A DNA stretch of 64,000 bases, from contig CM106586.1 of the NCBI GenBank assembly GCA_048013815.1, positions 4,464,001-4,528,000 on the forward strand, read 5' to 3'. Positions 41,701 to 54,398 of this stretch are shown one piece after another. The notes under the pieces were generated by a model that searched no databases, was not told the DNA's origin, and saw nothing but the letters and a program-made list of their open reading frames with translations. This DNA comes from Setoptus koraiensis (Eukaryota > Animalia > Arthropoda). A program made the position numbers and the translations under genes. The first letter of the stretch is position 1; each line of letters opens with the position of its first letter.

Positions 41701-44700
41701 GTTGCTGTCGCTCAAGGGCCGCGTTGCTGTCGGTTTACATTGGGCAAATTTTACATTGGGCAAATTGGCCGCTGCACGGCGAGGCTGCTACGCGAACGAA
41801 CGGTGCGCTATGGCGACAGCGCCGACGCCGATTCGACGCCGAGCCAGCGAACGGTCGCGTTTGTCGGTCGATCCGAACACACACACACACACTGTCTAAC
41901 CATGGGCAGACTTGTGATGTTTTAGCTTGTTTGTGTGTGTGTGCAGTATGCAACTAATTGTGGTAATCGCAGTCTTGACATACCCGCCATAGACAGCAGA
42001 TAAGAGATGAGATGTGTGTGTGTGATGTATGGTCACAATGGAGGCAATTATTACACGCGTGATGATAACGGCGTCACACTGGCAGCCGCTCAAATCAAGC
42101 CAGCAGGCGGACAAATATATTCAGACTTTGTCGTCGCTTGTTATCGCCCAATATCGATTCGTCTAACATTGTTAGACTAACAACAGCTCGCAATTGCTGC
42201 CGGCTCGACACTATCGACGGCTCGACACTGTCGACGGCTCGACACTGTCGAGTCGACAGGCTGCAATGCTGGCAAGCTGGCTCGGCAGCCGCGTTGCCGG
42301 ATTGCGGCATTGCGAGCCGTCGAGTGGATGCAATCGACAGCGCACACACGGTTGCTGTTGTTGTTGTTGTTTGGGCGCCACTGCAACGACCGTTGTCGTG
42401 GTTGTTGCGTCTACTTGCTAACGCGGCAACGGCGGCAGCTAATCAAGATAGATCGAGAATTAGATGACTGTGCACACACGCACACAAATGCGCTAACAAG
42501 TAGCGAGAGTGTCTTGCCAGAGTGGGCCGCTGATTGGAGTGGTTGCCCACTGAAACGGTTGTCGTGGTTGTCGTCGTTGTTTTTGTTGTTTTTGTTGTTG
42601 TCGTCGTCGTTGTTGTTGCCGGTTGGCCAATGTAACAGTTGAGCGGTTTAGCAATCACCCAGTAACCTCATGCAACTTGCATCACAGTTGCATTTGAATA
42701 GCGCTCATGCGGCAGCCGCTCATGCGACGGCCGCAATTGCACAATTGCCACAATTGCCAGCGACACACAAACAAAACTAACTGTAGCAATAGCCGGATAG
42801 CAATAGATCACATGACGACAACAATGGCGACAGCGCTCCGCATGCAATCTAGATAACACTTTTCAAACATCGTGCTGCCTGCCGGCTGGCTCATGTTTGC
42901 TGATTACTGACACTGTTGTTTTTAGTTGTGTCACTGTTGCCTTGTGTGCAGTTATGTCACTGTTGTTATGTCACTGTCGCTTGTCGACTGGCCGCTGTCG
43001 GTTGTCGGCTGGCCGCTGTCGGCCGGCCACTGCCACCGCCAACCGCACCGACAAGCTGCCATTTCCGAAATTTCCCGGTATTTCGAGCGCCGTCGTCACC
43101 ATGACCACTGGCCACTGGGCACGTTCCCCGCCGGCTACGTGCCCGCTGTACGTGCACGCTCGCCACGTTTCTCCCATCTGTTCGCCGGCCTCTGCGTCTG
43201 GGCGCTGTGTTCGGGCGCTGTGTTCGGGCGCTGTGTCCGGGCGCTGCGTCCGCGTGCTGCGAACCGGCCGCCGCTGGCCACAGCGCCCAGTGGACAGTAT
43301 ATATAGCTACATATATTGATCGGGTGCGCCATTTAGCCAGTTGCAACCGATTATACAGTATCAAATCTGCCGCCGCCAGTGTGATCAGCATAATCGGCGC
43401 AATCAGTGTAATCGCTGGAATCAGTATAATCGCCAGAATCAGTATAATCGCCAGAATCAGTATAATCGCTAGAATGAGTGTAGTGGGTGCATTCGGTGCA
43501 GTCGGCACAGTCGGCGCCCATGAGATGCCGGATCGCGGGTAATAGATCCCGTTAGTCGGCTATAATACACGAGTATCTGATGACTGCACCACTGATCCTT
43601 TATGTTTCCAGTGATTCGAACGTTTCGCATTTATTACATCCGCTCATCGCTCATCGCCGGTCGCCACGCCAATGCGATTCCAATTTCGAATCGCACACAC
43701 ACACAGCTAATCGCAGCCGCTGTCCGGGTGAGCCAACCATCAGCTTGACCTGGTCATGTACACCTCGTCTGGCCAATGCTGCACCAGCAAACAGGTGTAA
43801 TATGTGTGCGTGTAATACGAGTGTAATATGAGTAGAGGGCACCACTCATGATATGTCACGCGCTGGCGCGAATTAAAATGCGAACAAACAAGGATTAACT
43901 TTAAAACAAGTCAGACAAAATTTTCGACAAAATTGCCCTCATCAAGTTACAGCCTCATCATCGCTTACTTCACTTACAACATGGTTATTTCTGCTGATGG
44001 CGGCTAATGCTCGACGCTCATTGGTGAGCTCGTTGTGTTTGCATACCGTTAGCAAGCCGGTTCGATGACACGCTCCAGACAGCGACACCGTACGGCTGCT
44101 ACCGTTGCACCCGTCAGCCAATTGTTCGTATATCCATGATGTAGCACACCTATGAATCATAGGCTCTGATGCAACACACATTACATAATATGCGGCACAT
44201 ATTATGTAACGTTATGTACTACGTGCCACGTGGCTTTTATATTAGTTTTAAGTATCTGTGCATTACACTTGTAACGCGCTCATACTCGGCCAAATTAATC
44301 TTGTTGCTGGTGGACAGTGGCAGTGAGCGATCATCGCATGGGCCGCTGTCGCATGTGCACCTCGGTACTTGTTGCACTGTCAATTCGCAGTGACAGTTGC
44401 AGATGAGTTATCGCTGATGCGATTAGCATGCAAAACGTTGATGACAAACAACCTATTGAGAGGCACTAGTGATTGGGCATGACGCTCGTCGGCAACAGAT
44501 AACAGGTTGCCCATTGGTCAGTTGGCGCGGTCGCCGGTGATTGGTCAGTTGCTGCAGTGGCTGGCGCAGTCAGTGTCTAGACCGGTAGTTGGTGGCCAGA
44601 TCGGTAAGTGGCAAGTGAGTGTTTACTGGTCGTCAAGTGCAGACAAAACTGTTGCGCAGCCATTGATGGCATCAATAGTGTATATACTTTTATCGGGGCT

Positions 44701-46836
44701 GTCTGTGTGCCTGTTTGTGTCTCTCACAATCTGTTACTACTGTTAGTCAATCGATCATACTGCATTAACGATCAGATAAAACTTCAAAAGAGAGAAAGGT
44801 AAGCCAAGTCGGGCAACGCAGATAAATTAAACAAAATAAATAAATAAAACAAGGCGACGGCACAACATCCACCAGGCTCAACAGCCGATAATAACGGCAC
44901 CACTATTTATAGATTGTTAACTAATGTCGCTAGTCACTGACCTAGAAGGACCGGCTAGACCGTCGTCTTAGCCAGTATATCTGGTGCGTGTGTGTGTGAC
45001 TGGCCAGCAGTAGAAGCAGCACCGACGCCAGCAATAGTAGCCGCTGTGGTGCTAATAGACCAGTCGGTGTTCATCGGCGTCGCTAGTCGCTCTAGTGCTC
45101 TATGACTCACACACTACGAGCCAGGCGACCAGGTAGAGGATGCAAGTGGCGCACCTAGACAGTTTTTGTGATATTAATCGCCGCAATAATCGCCGTAATA
45201 ATCGCTGTGGTAATCGGCGCAGTAATCGGCGCAGCAATCGCCGCAATGGTCACCAACAGACCAAACGACCAAACGAAATAACTGGAACCTGTCACTCTAC
45301 CGCAACCGCCGCAACCGCTGCCAGCGCCGCCGCTGCCGGCGCCACCAATTCTGCCACTTGCCGAGCTACTGGCGGTAGGTGAAACACATAAATGGTCTAC
45401 TTTGGCTAGTTAGCCGCTAGTTGTCCAATGGAACGAGATAAAAATGTGTAACGAGGGGCATTTTAAAGTCATCGCCAATTAAGCGGCGGCAGCAACCGCG
45501 ACATCAGCAGCAGCGGCAGCGGCATCGGTGGCGGCAACAGCAACATGTCGCAACAACAGCATCCAGCGCTTGCAACATGGCCCGTCTCGGCGGGCGATCA
45601 TCATTAATTATTTTACTCTACTGCTTTGCCGACATTTTTCATTTCATTTCGTTTTACTTCACCTTATTTTATTTTATCACCGCCAGCCGACAGCCAGCCG
45701 ACAGCCAGCCGACAGCCGGCCGGCAGCCAGCAGTGTAAGCCATGCGCATCCATTTAGTTGCGTTTGTTGTGTGCTGCAAATTTCGCCTAAAGCATGGACT
45801 ATCCGACGTATATCACACCTGAACAGGAGGACAGACAGGAAGCATTGTGTGCAAGCAAACGGCGGCGACACTCTTGGGCGCCGCCGTCGGCTTGCCAATC
45901 TAGGTCGTGTGTTGCTACACATTATGGCTGTCGCAATAAGCTGTTAGATCATCATAATCGGGTGCGTCGGGCAACGCACTAAATGGTCACTAATCACAAC
46001 ATGTTCAACATTGGGCATGAGTATGAATAATAAATATGACTAATGGTGACCGTTGATGGGGAAACTTTTTCGCTTGCGAGACGCCACTCGCTGCCCAAGC
46101 TAACATGACAATCTGGCCAGTCGGTTTAGTTGCTGGCCGAGCAGGCTGACTTAGAGAGGACAGGGCCAGCAGCGATGGCCTACGAAACAAACCAAAAAAT
46201 GGCCGCATTTCATCTGGATGTCCGTGCCAGACTTGCGGGAACCCCCAGCCATAGTCCTGTCGGCCGTGCCTTTGCACTGCAAAAGCCGCGTTCCATTGTG
46301 AGCAACGGGAATATGTGATCGGATCAAATGGGATGGAGCTAGAGAGCACAGAGAGAACGCGACTCAAAAGTGAACAAAGTTTGCAAGTTTGAAGCAATGG
46401 GTCCAATTCCAATTCAATACAAATTGCGCCAGCAAAAAGGTTCAATACAAAGCGCGCCAGAAAAATTTTCGATGAAATTCAAATTGTCCGCTCAAAATTA
46501 TGTGACTTGTGCACTTCGCACAGGATCGGGCGCCCAGCATCGACCCCGTTACAGGCACAGACGCATCATTCACAAATTCGTCTGTGCCACAGTAGCAGAG
46601 AGAAGCCTGCACAGTATTACATCGATGTGGCTACAAGACAATGCACCGCTTGACCGCTGTGCACTGTGGCTTCTGGGCAACAACAAAATATGTCTTATTA
46701 ATACCATCTAATCGATGGTCATATTTTGACATGTTTTAGTGAATTTTCTACAACAAATAACTATTTATTACCACTGAAACAATATCATCTGGATCCTTAT
46801 TAATTGTCCAAATCGATCACATTTTTAAGAGGAATC

Positions 46837-48477
46837 ATGGCAAGCCTCAAGGCAGCGAGACTATGCTCTCTGTTTAGTCAGACACGTCGGATTTCAAGTC
46901 AATGTCATTGTCGTATACACTCGATGGCCTGTAGTAATCACAGTAATATATTATCTAGACAAATATCTGCATCGTCTATACACAACCATCTCCCTAGCAG
47001 CAAACTACATTACTATGAGAATAGGTCACGCTGGAATATTATCAAACGAACACTGTCGTCGTCTAGCGGCGAAATCAAAAGTGTCACTGTACCTCAATTG
47101 GCCGAATCACTCAGCGAGGGCGACCTCAAATGGGACAAGGGTATGTAGTGCATCGGCAAGACACAACAAAAACAATACGCAACAACCCTATTCAATCATA
47201 CGCATAGGTGACCTCTATTCGTTTTTTACCCTTTCTCATGTATCTAACATTCACTGAAATCATTCAATTGCAACAATGAAGCCGTTGGTGATACTGTTAG
47301 CGCCGACGAAGTCATTGGCTGTGTGGAAACTGATAAAACATCTGTGCCAATACATTCGCCAGTAGCTGGAGTCATTACGGAAATGTTAGCAGAGGACGGA
47401 GAGACTGTGAAGCCAGGTCAGGTTATTCTTAAAGTTCAGGTAGGCGAAGGCGCTGCCGGTAGCACTAGTACTGAACCGTCTGCCGCTCAGGCGACAACGC
47501 CCTCACCAACAACACCAACGCCGACACCAGACACAACAGCAACTCAACAAACTCAAGGAAAACAGACAGTTGGTCAGCAATCTATTGATTCTACACCAAA
47601 ATCTACGATACCTGTTAGTCAGGTTAGATCTGAGCTTGCTCAAACCCTGTCCAGCAATGAGCAAACATTTGGCGCCTCAAGAACAGTTAATCAAGTCAAA
47701 ATGAATAGAATGAGACTTAAGATTGCCTCCAGACTGAAGGAAGCACAGAATACCTATGCTATGTTAACAACATTCAATGAAATTGATATGAGCAATCTAA
47801 TTGAAATGAGACTCAAGTATAAGGACGCATTCACCAAAAAGCACTCAGTCAAGCTAGGATTTATGTCAGCATTTGTCAAAGCAAGTGCCTATGCACTAAA
47901 AGATCAACCTGTTGTTAATGCTGTTATTGATGCGAACCAAATATTATATAGAGATTACATTGATATTAGCGTTGCTGTTGCAACACCAAAGGGTTTAGTT
48001 GTACCAGTTCTACGTAATGTTGGTACAATGAACTTCGCTGATATTGAGAAAAATATCAACGCCTTGGGAGAGAAAGCTCGAAATAATTCACTATCCGTGG
48101 AAGATATGGATGGAGGTACATTTACAATTAGCAATGGAGGTGTGTTCGGATCATTGTTTGGTACCCCAATTATTAATTCACCTCAGTCAGCAATTCTTGG
48201 AATGCACGCTATTAATGACAAGCCTGCTGCTGTCAATGGAGAGGTACAGTCCAAAAGAACTCTAACTTGTTAGATCGTAGTGTGATATTTGCATCGATAT
48301 AATATCAAGCTCTAATATTCTTATTTTCTCATTATTACTCAGGTCAAAATACGCCCTATCATGGTAGTAGCTTTAACGTATGATCATCGCCTGATTGATG
48401 GAAGGGAAGCGGTGACATTCTTGAAAAAAATCAAAGAGGTCATTGAGGATCCCCGAGTGATACTTTTAGATCTTTAG
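46837..48477 (+). CDS. DLST: Mitochondrial dihydrolipoyllysine-residue succinyltransferase (OGDH E2), 3 exons (46837-47140, 47282-48243, 48343-48477), 466 aa
   Basis: Arg/Ser-rich presequence; lipoyl motif VETDKT; catalytic core [44 protein letters not shown]; GT-AG introns keep frame. Confidence 0.97.
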
Positions 48478-48680
48478 ACAGTACGCAACACAATAATTAT
48501 TAACAATGACACATTTGCACACTTAGGTCTTACCTTACTTACTAGTCTATTCAGATAGGCAGGAATACATAAAACGCTAGATACTAACGAAACTTATATC
48601 TGTCACCTCTGCAATACGTCTGAGACAGAGTTTTCAACACTGTAGTTTACTAGCGGTCGAAGATTACACAATAATTCTGA

Positions 48681-49862
48681 TTATATGGGACATTGTGGTC
48701 GAATTCTACCTCGCGTAGTCATATTGTTTTGCATTCCTGTTCTGAGAACTATCTTGTTCTTGAATTTGTTGAATCTCTTTAAGTCGTTAGCGAATGTTAC
48801 AGCAGCTCTACCAGTCAAGCCTGTCCACTTGAGATTATTCTTAACATTTGCCGTAGAGCCATCTTTGTCCTGATGCAATAGGGCTCCTGGACGGAACTTG
48901 ATACTTCTTCTGACAGTTCCGCGATTATTGGTATATTCGATTGCTCTGTTCAAGTCGTAGGGTCCACTGGCCTGAGTTGGGGCCAAACGTTGCTTATAGT
49001 ATTTGAATAGACTCCGATGGCCGATCGACTTGCCTGCTCGAGGGAGGTGCATTTGCCAACTGTCATCAATCCACATTTCTCTCGAATCAATGTCCTCCCC
49101 ATCCGATGATGAGCTACCATCCTTAGATTTTATTTCTTTATCTGGATAATTGTCAGAGTAGTCATAAAAGTCAGCGTATTCCGCAACGGCTTGTTCTTGA
49201 TCGTAACGTATCTTACAATGGTCTTTGTATAACATATGCAATCTAACCCCATGTAAGGATCGGAACTGTTTATTACACCATAGACATGTATTGCCCGCAC
49301 CAACCTTGAAACCTAGATACTCTATCAAGCCATCTATATCATCGAGATATCTTTCTTCTGGTATAAAGAATCCGTGGACGTACATGTGGTTGACGTTTTC
49401 CATCACAGTGGGGCTCTGCTTGGCGCAAAACAAACAGGTATCTGGTCTTACAACATTTTTCATCATTCTTTTTGTTTCTTCTGGATCCTCTTCGTCTTCC
49501 AATGCATCGAAGTCTTCGTCGTCTGTTTCCCATTCATCACTGTCGATTTCTTCTTCTTCCTTAAGGTTCTCCGCGGTGCTTTCTAGTTCATCTAGCTTCT
49601 CTTGTTTAGAATAGAGATCGGAAAAATCTTCGGGATTGAGTTTTTTGGAGTTTGCTCGCTTCTCTTTCGGAGTTTCTTGTTTCGGATTGTTTCGCTGCAG
49701 TTCCTTAAGATCATTGAAGGAATTCAGATCTATGGGATCGAGGCTACAGACGCGACGTTTGATATTATAAAGATGCCACTCTGTTTTGAAGTGTTCTCTC
49801 TGCAGTGAGCCATTCTCAAATTTCAGCCTGCATCCCATACATGTAAATTTAGGATTCGACAT
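48681..49862 (-). CDS. ZNF622: Cytoplasmic 60S biogenesis zinc-finger protein (ZNF622/Rei1), 393 aa
   Basis: N-terminal C-x2-C...QREHFKTEWHLYNIKRRV; CLFC...HGFFIPEERYLDD; CLWCNKQFRSLHGVRLHMLYKDHC; IGHRSLFKYYKQ. Confidence 0.95.
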   Translation of the reverse strand: MSNPKFTCMGCRLKFENGSLQREHFKTEWHLYNIKRRVCSLDPIDLNSFNDLKELQRNNPKQETPKEKRANSKKLNPEDFSDLYSKQEKLDELESTAENLKEEEEIDSDEWETDDEDFDALEDEEDPEETKRMMKNVVRPDTCLFCAKQSPTVMENVNHMYVHGFFIPEERYLDDIDGLIEYLGFKVGAGNTCLWCNKQFRSLHGVRLHMLYKDHCKIRYDQEQAVAEYADFYDYSDNYPDKEIKSKDGSSSSDGEDIDSREMWIDDSWQMHLPRAGKSIGHRSLFKYYKQRLAPTQASGPYDLNRAIEYTNNRGTVRRSIKFRPGALLHQDKDGSTANVKNNLKWTGLTGRAAVTFANDLKRFNKFKNKIVLRTGMQNNMTTRGRIRPQCPI

Positions 49863-50277
49863 GTCTTCTTTGTTCGGTCGGTTTTTATGATTTTTCGATT
49901 CCTGAGTTTCCCTGCGATAATTGAAATTAAATATATATAAATCTGAAACTCATTACACGAATTTTCGCACGAATGATTACTGGTAGAGTGGCCTTCACAC
50001 CACACTGACTGAAAGCAATTTCAAGAACACTGTGCTTGCATCATCGCGCCGCCAGTCTTTCAAACGTCCAGCTGATCTGTTGTTATTATTATTTAATCTA
50101 ACATTGGATGCCGAAAGTTTAAAAATATGCATTTGCATTTATGAGTTGATCCAGCAAAATCGGCAGGATATCAAAACCCCAGCAAGCTTATCAAGAATGT
50201 ATTAAGAATGAAAACATTCCAATTGATACTGTGGTCGCCAATTCAGCAGCTAAGAGCAAAATAGATATATTTGTAAG
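49863..50277. promoter_or_regulatory. Shared divergent promoter region of ZNF622 and STEEP1
   Basis: Head-to-head ATGs 415 bp apart. Confidence 0.6.
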
Positions 50278-50922
50278 ATGCCGAAAGTAGTATCGAGAAG
50301 TATAGTTTGCGCTGACGTTAGGAGTAATGTACGTGACGAGAAACCTCTCAATGTTTATTATTGCTGGTGCGGACAGATAGGTCTAATATTAGATTGCAAG
50401 ATACACAATCTTCCATTGAGGGAACGGGACAACTCGCGTATTATTGATAAGAAAAAACATCTAGCCGTGAGTTTCCCTTGTTTGGATCAGAAGAAAACTA
50501 TCAAGGATGATGCTATTACATACGTAAAATGGAAGGATGGCGTTGAGAAACAGTATAGACTCAAATGCAAAAGGTGTAACTTATTCACATTCTACAAGCA
50601 CTCGAGAGACTCGGAAATTATATTTGTCGTTAACAAGGCCATGAACATCAAGCCTGCAAATTCAATTTTCGGTGGAGGAAGAGGAAATTCATCTAACTAC
50701 GATTCCGGCAAGAATAATGCACCATCTACCTCTAATGCTGTCAAGAAATTCGAGAAAAATTCTCAGGGTAGAAACTCAAATGTAACAATTTCGACCTTGG
50801 ACGAAGATGAGGCCGAACTAGAGGCCAAAGTGATAGAACAATCTTATGAGGAGAATGCTAGCATCGTGCAAAGAGAACTCGAACGCCAGGCAGCTAAAAA
50901 GCGCAGGATGGAGGATTACTGA
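50278..50922 (+). CDS. STEEP1: STING ER exit protein / CXorf56 (UPF0428) homolog, 214 aa
   Basis: MPKVVSRSIVC...PLNVYYCWCGQ..LILDC..LPLR..D.SR; G.EKQYRLKCKRC.L; C-terminal TLDEDE.E.EAK.IEQSY..NA..V..EL.R; AATAAA near 50950. Confidence 0.92.
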   Translation: MPKVVSRSIVCADVRSNVRDEKPLNVYYCWCGQIGLILDCKIHNLPLRERDNSRIIDKKKHLAVSFPCLDQKKTIKDDAITYVKWKDGVEKQYRLKCKRCNLFTFYKHSRDSEIIFVVNKAMNIKPANSIFGGGRGNSSNYDSGKNNAPSTSNAVKKFEKNSQGRNSNVTISTLDEDEAELEAKVIEQSYEENASIVQRELERQAAKKRRMEDY

Positions 50923-51002
50923 TCTTGCGATCAGTTGTATAGTGTATTATAATAAATTAGTATCAGCACTTCGGTTGATACTGCTCTTGCAGTAGATGAG
51001 TG

Positions 51003-51161
51003 ATTGATGGCCGCCGTGTCAGCTTATTGCCAAGATCTGAGTCATTCACCTATGATCTTGATCTCTTGTTTGTGCTCGTTAGTGCTCAGTAAACTTTCAA
51101 TGGATGCCAATAGTTCGTCTTGGCCACATCTGAATGCATTTAATCTTGTCTCTTTTTCAAA
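51003..51161 (-). pseudogene. UDP-glycosyltransferase C-terminal relic (spider-mite/bacterial type)
   Basis: EKETRLNAFRCGQDELLASIESLLSTNEHKQEIKIIGE*LRSWQ*ADTAAIN resembles the RLNP..C..EELL.AIEKLL...L...I..R.QS C-terminus of cytosolic mite UGTs; two stops. Confidence 0.65.
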
Positions 51162-51296
51162 CTAATGCTGAAGACAGCAGCATGGAGCAAAGGAATGAAT
51201 TTAAACTATGCAAATTACAAATTTGCTACAACGATAATTTTACTTGTATATCATATGAATCAGTCGCAATACAAATATTCATCAATATACACCAAT

Positions 51297-52301
51297 CTAA
51301 CTCCAAGGTAATACAACAAAAGAGTGGTTACCCTTACAATCAGGGTCATCATAGGGACATCGCCTCCTCCGCTCTTCTCTCTTTCTAGCTTCTTCCAACT
51401 CCCTCTCTCTGGCCTCTTCTTTCATCTTGGCTTCTAACCACTGCCTCCTCCTGGCCTCTTCCAGTTCGTACTTCTTTTTGATTGGTTGCAACTTATCTAA
51501 CTCTTCCACCATTTTGTTTTTATCCACTGTCAGCTTGTTAATCTCTTTTATTTGAGAATCCTTGATTATCTCGCACGTAGTCAAACTACGTTTGGTTTCC
51601 GCCAATTGATTACCGCATTCGTGCATAGTAGCCACTTGTTTCTCAAATGTAGCCAATTTTGACTCGTACGAATTTCTCATTTCATTTTGACGATCGGCAC
51701 TCTCCGTTTTGATAGAGCACAATCCTTGCTTCAAATCGCTCAACTCTTTGTCTTTTTGCTTCAATTTATCCTCTGCATCCTTCGAGATAGTAGATAGAGA
51801 GGAAATCAATTTATTCTTTAATTCCATTTCTTTGTCAATCTTATTCAAATCTTTCTGTAAAGTGGAAATTTCCTGCTCATATTGACCAGTCACAGACAGC
51901 GCTTTTTCTAATTGTCCAGCTAAGTTTTCACTTTTAGAGCGTTCCTTGTCCAACAACTCTTGCAGTTCTCTGAGTGAATTATGCTCGTTTCCAAGTCCAT
52001 CTTGCGGTGAAATTACATCCAAAGTTCCTCTTGGTTCCCTTTCATTTCCAATTTCAGCCGCAGCAACAATTTCGGGAGCCGTTGCTACACTTTTCGGACG
52101 TTCTTTGAAAGAGTTCATTTCATCGTTGCCCTTCAGTTTCTCGAAGTATCCAACCAACGAGCTCACTTTTGCCAAGTTACCTCGTTCTTGATTAGATCCA
52201 AGCACAACATGGTTTTCAGGTTTTGCAGATGTCACACGAAATATGATAGAAAGCAGAATGAACACTGTTGACAAAAATCTAACATCTTGTTGTCGAATCA
52301 T
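51297..52301 (-). CDS. Secreted coiled-coil protein, type A copy A1, 334 aa
   Basis: Signal peptide MIRQQDVRFLSTVFILLSIIFRVTSA|KP; KVSSLVGYFE motif; heptad coiled coil; E/R/K-rich tail then CPYDDPDC. Confidence 0.85.
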   Translation of the reverse strand: MIRQQDVRFLSTVFILLSIIFRVTSAKPENHVVLGSNQERGNLAKVSSLVGYFEKLKGNDEMNSFKERPKSVATAPEIVAAAEIGNEREPRGTLDVISPQDGLGNEHNSLRELQELLDKERSKSENLAGQLEKALSVTGQYEQEISTLQKDLNKIDKEMELKNKLISSLSTISKDAEDKLKQKDKELSDLKQGLCSIKTESADRQNEMRNSYESKLATFEKQVATMHECGNQLAETKRSLTTCEIIKDSQIKEINKLTVDKNKMVEELDKLQPIKKKYELEEARRRQWLEAKMKEEARERELEEARKREERRRRCPYDDPDCKGNHSFVVLPWS

Positions 52302-52887
52302 CGTCAGCCGTTCAACCAGATATCAAATACCAAATCTTGACAGTTTTTTAGGAAATCACCTAAACTTATATTTCAGCTATTAAAAATGATGATAATATCA
52401 GCATTTCAACATTCACATTTGTTATGGTGGTCTAGAAACAATGGATAATAATGATAACATAATATCCATGGAAGGTAAAAACTCTATAAATAGAATCGGA
52501 TCATGCAATATGGATGACGAACTGGGGATTATTTTTGGTCAATCGAAGTTTGAAGCTAGACCAGCGATGGAAATCACACGCAATCACAAGAGCGTTGAAG
52601 AGTTTGTCTACAGATTTTGCATCTTCATTGGAGAGACTGCAATCAAATGTCGGTCGTAGCCGGTTCGGCCGTATCTTCTACCTGCTAGACATGACGAAAT
52701 GAAGTTGCGACCTTCTTCCAGAAAGATGGAATCTGAGAATTTATCTCAAAGGTATGGTCATTCTTACCGATATAGTAGTGCTTGTAATAGAGAAACAGGG
52801 GAGACATCCCGATTCGTGGCGATTTGCTTAATTTATTCCGCATTTTACTCGAAGAAGCTCAAGACTTTCGGCGCTACCTATACAAAC

Positions 52888-53284
52888 CTAAACAAAATCT
52901 AACTCTATCTCGAGTCTAAATACAATATTGTTTTTACCAATTGTCATCTTCTTAAGCTCTTTCATCATTCGGGAGTTTTTGATGGACTTGCCTGTATTCA
53001 GACTACGTTTTGTTTCCGCCAATTGAGTCCCATATTCGTACATCATGGCCGCTTGTTTCTCAAATATAGCTACTTTAGACTCATACGAATTTGTTTTCAT
53101 TTCGACGATCGGCACTTTCTGTTTGATAAGATGCAATCCTTTCTCCAAATCGATCAATTCTTTGTCTCGTCAATTCAATTTATTCTCTGATTCTTTTTAA
53201 CATACCAGATGAAAAGGAAATTAATTCATTCTCTTCTTTCATTTCTCCGTTAATTTTCAAATCTATCTACAAAGTAGAAATTTC
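52888..53284 (-). pseudogene. 3' half of a type A gene (A3-like relic) fused under the end of B1
   Basis: EISTL*IDLK..EMKEENELISF../ESENKLN*RDKELIDLEKGLHLIKQKVPIVEMKTNSYESK...ELDFV*; nearly identical to 58078-58470. Confidence 0.85.
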
Positions 53285-54398
53285 TTAGGAAGGTCAACTC
53301 TTTTACGTCTCGTGCCATCTCGTCCTCCATTTTTTTGCTCATTTCTTGCAAATCTCTCAAATCTTTTTCCATCGAGGAAAGTTTTTTATCATACTCAGTA
53401 GATAAGGTTTTGACGAAAATTTCGTGTGTCTTCGCACAGTCTTTGGCCTCTATCCGCAAAGAATTCAACGTTTCTTGTGTTTGCCTTAAATTCTCTTTTA
53501 ATTGTTCTTTTATGGCTTCGATTTCTTGTAGCCTAGACGACGCATCTTCCAACTGTTTTAGCAAGTTTACGTTCTCTTCACGCTCGTTATCCAGAGCTTT
53601 TTGCAACTCTTTGGAAGACTCGCCAGTCTCCTTGCCGTCCCTGAGCGACATCTCTCTCAACTGTTTCAGCGCGTTTCTGTTCTCAGCTCTCTCGTCCTGT
53701 AGCAATCTCTGTACTTCTTTGAGAAACCTCTCTGTTTCTTTTGCCTTTTCGTTCGTCACTGTCAATTCTTCTAATTGCTTTTTCAAATTATTGTTTTCTG
53801 TTTGCTCATTATGCAGTACTTCTTGCAACTCTTTGAGTGTCTTTTGAGTTTCTGTATCCTTCATTGACATCGCACTTAATTTTTCAATCAAGTTTTTATT
53901 CTCTGCTCGCTCTATTTCTAGTAATTCTTCCACTTCATCTAGCGATCTCTGGGTCTCTTTCAATTTTCTATTTTTCTGTGACAGTTGGAGCGAGTTTTGG
54001 GCCTCTGTTTCTTGTTGCCCCAGGAATTCGTGTTCTCGTCGCTTGTCGATAGCTATCGATAGCCTAGTCTTCTCATCACAATCTACCGCCTTGTCTTCTT
54101 TAAGTTGGTTGTATTTTGACTTTGTCCTTGCTTCTCTATCTCGGTGGGCATCGGAAGAATATTTGACAGATTTAGCGGGACTATTCCTTGGGAGTTCTAA
54201 TGAAGATTTCCGCCTTCCGTTAGTTCCAAAATTTTCAAAATGCCTTACCAGCGAACTTACTTTAACTATGTCCTCTCGGTCCAGAGTGGGCTTCTCTGTT
54301 GCTTTAGCGACCTCTGCCAAGGCCACCAGTAGTATGAGAGGATTGACCAGAATGCATACGAGCGATAATAAAGTGGCATTTTGATGAAGCGCAGCCAT
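53250..54398 (-). CDS. Secreted repeat coiled-coil protein, type B copy B1, 382 aa
   Basis: Signal peptide MAALHQNATLLSLVCILVNPLILLVALA|EV; KVSSLVRHFE; ~35-38-aa L.E.Q..L.NER.EN.NL.KQL repeats. Confidence 0.85.
   Translation of the reverse strand: MAALHQNATLLSLVCILVNPLILLVALAEVAKATEKPTLDREDIVKVSSLVRHFENFGTNGRRKSSLELPRNSPAKSVKYSSDAHRDREARTKSKYNQLKEDKAVDCDEKTRLSIAIDKRREHEFLGQQETEAQNSLQLSQKNRKLKETQRSLDEVEELLEIERAENKNLIEKLSAMSMKDTETQKTLKELQEVLHNEQTENNNLKKQLEELTVTNEKAKETERFLKEVQRLLQDERAENRNALKQLREMSLRDGKETGESSKELQKALDNEREENVNLLKQLEDASSRLQEIEAIKEQLKENLRQTQETLNSLRIEAKDCAKTHEIFVKTLSTEYDKKLSSMEKDLRDLQEMSKKMEDEMARDVKELTFLRNFYFVDRFEN

Noticed and set aside
46804-46836. ORF-track TTG start for DLST
   Set aside because: The ATG at 46837 begins a normal mitochondrial presequence.
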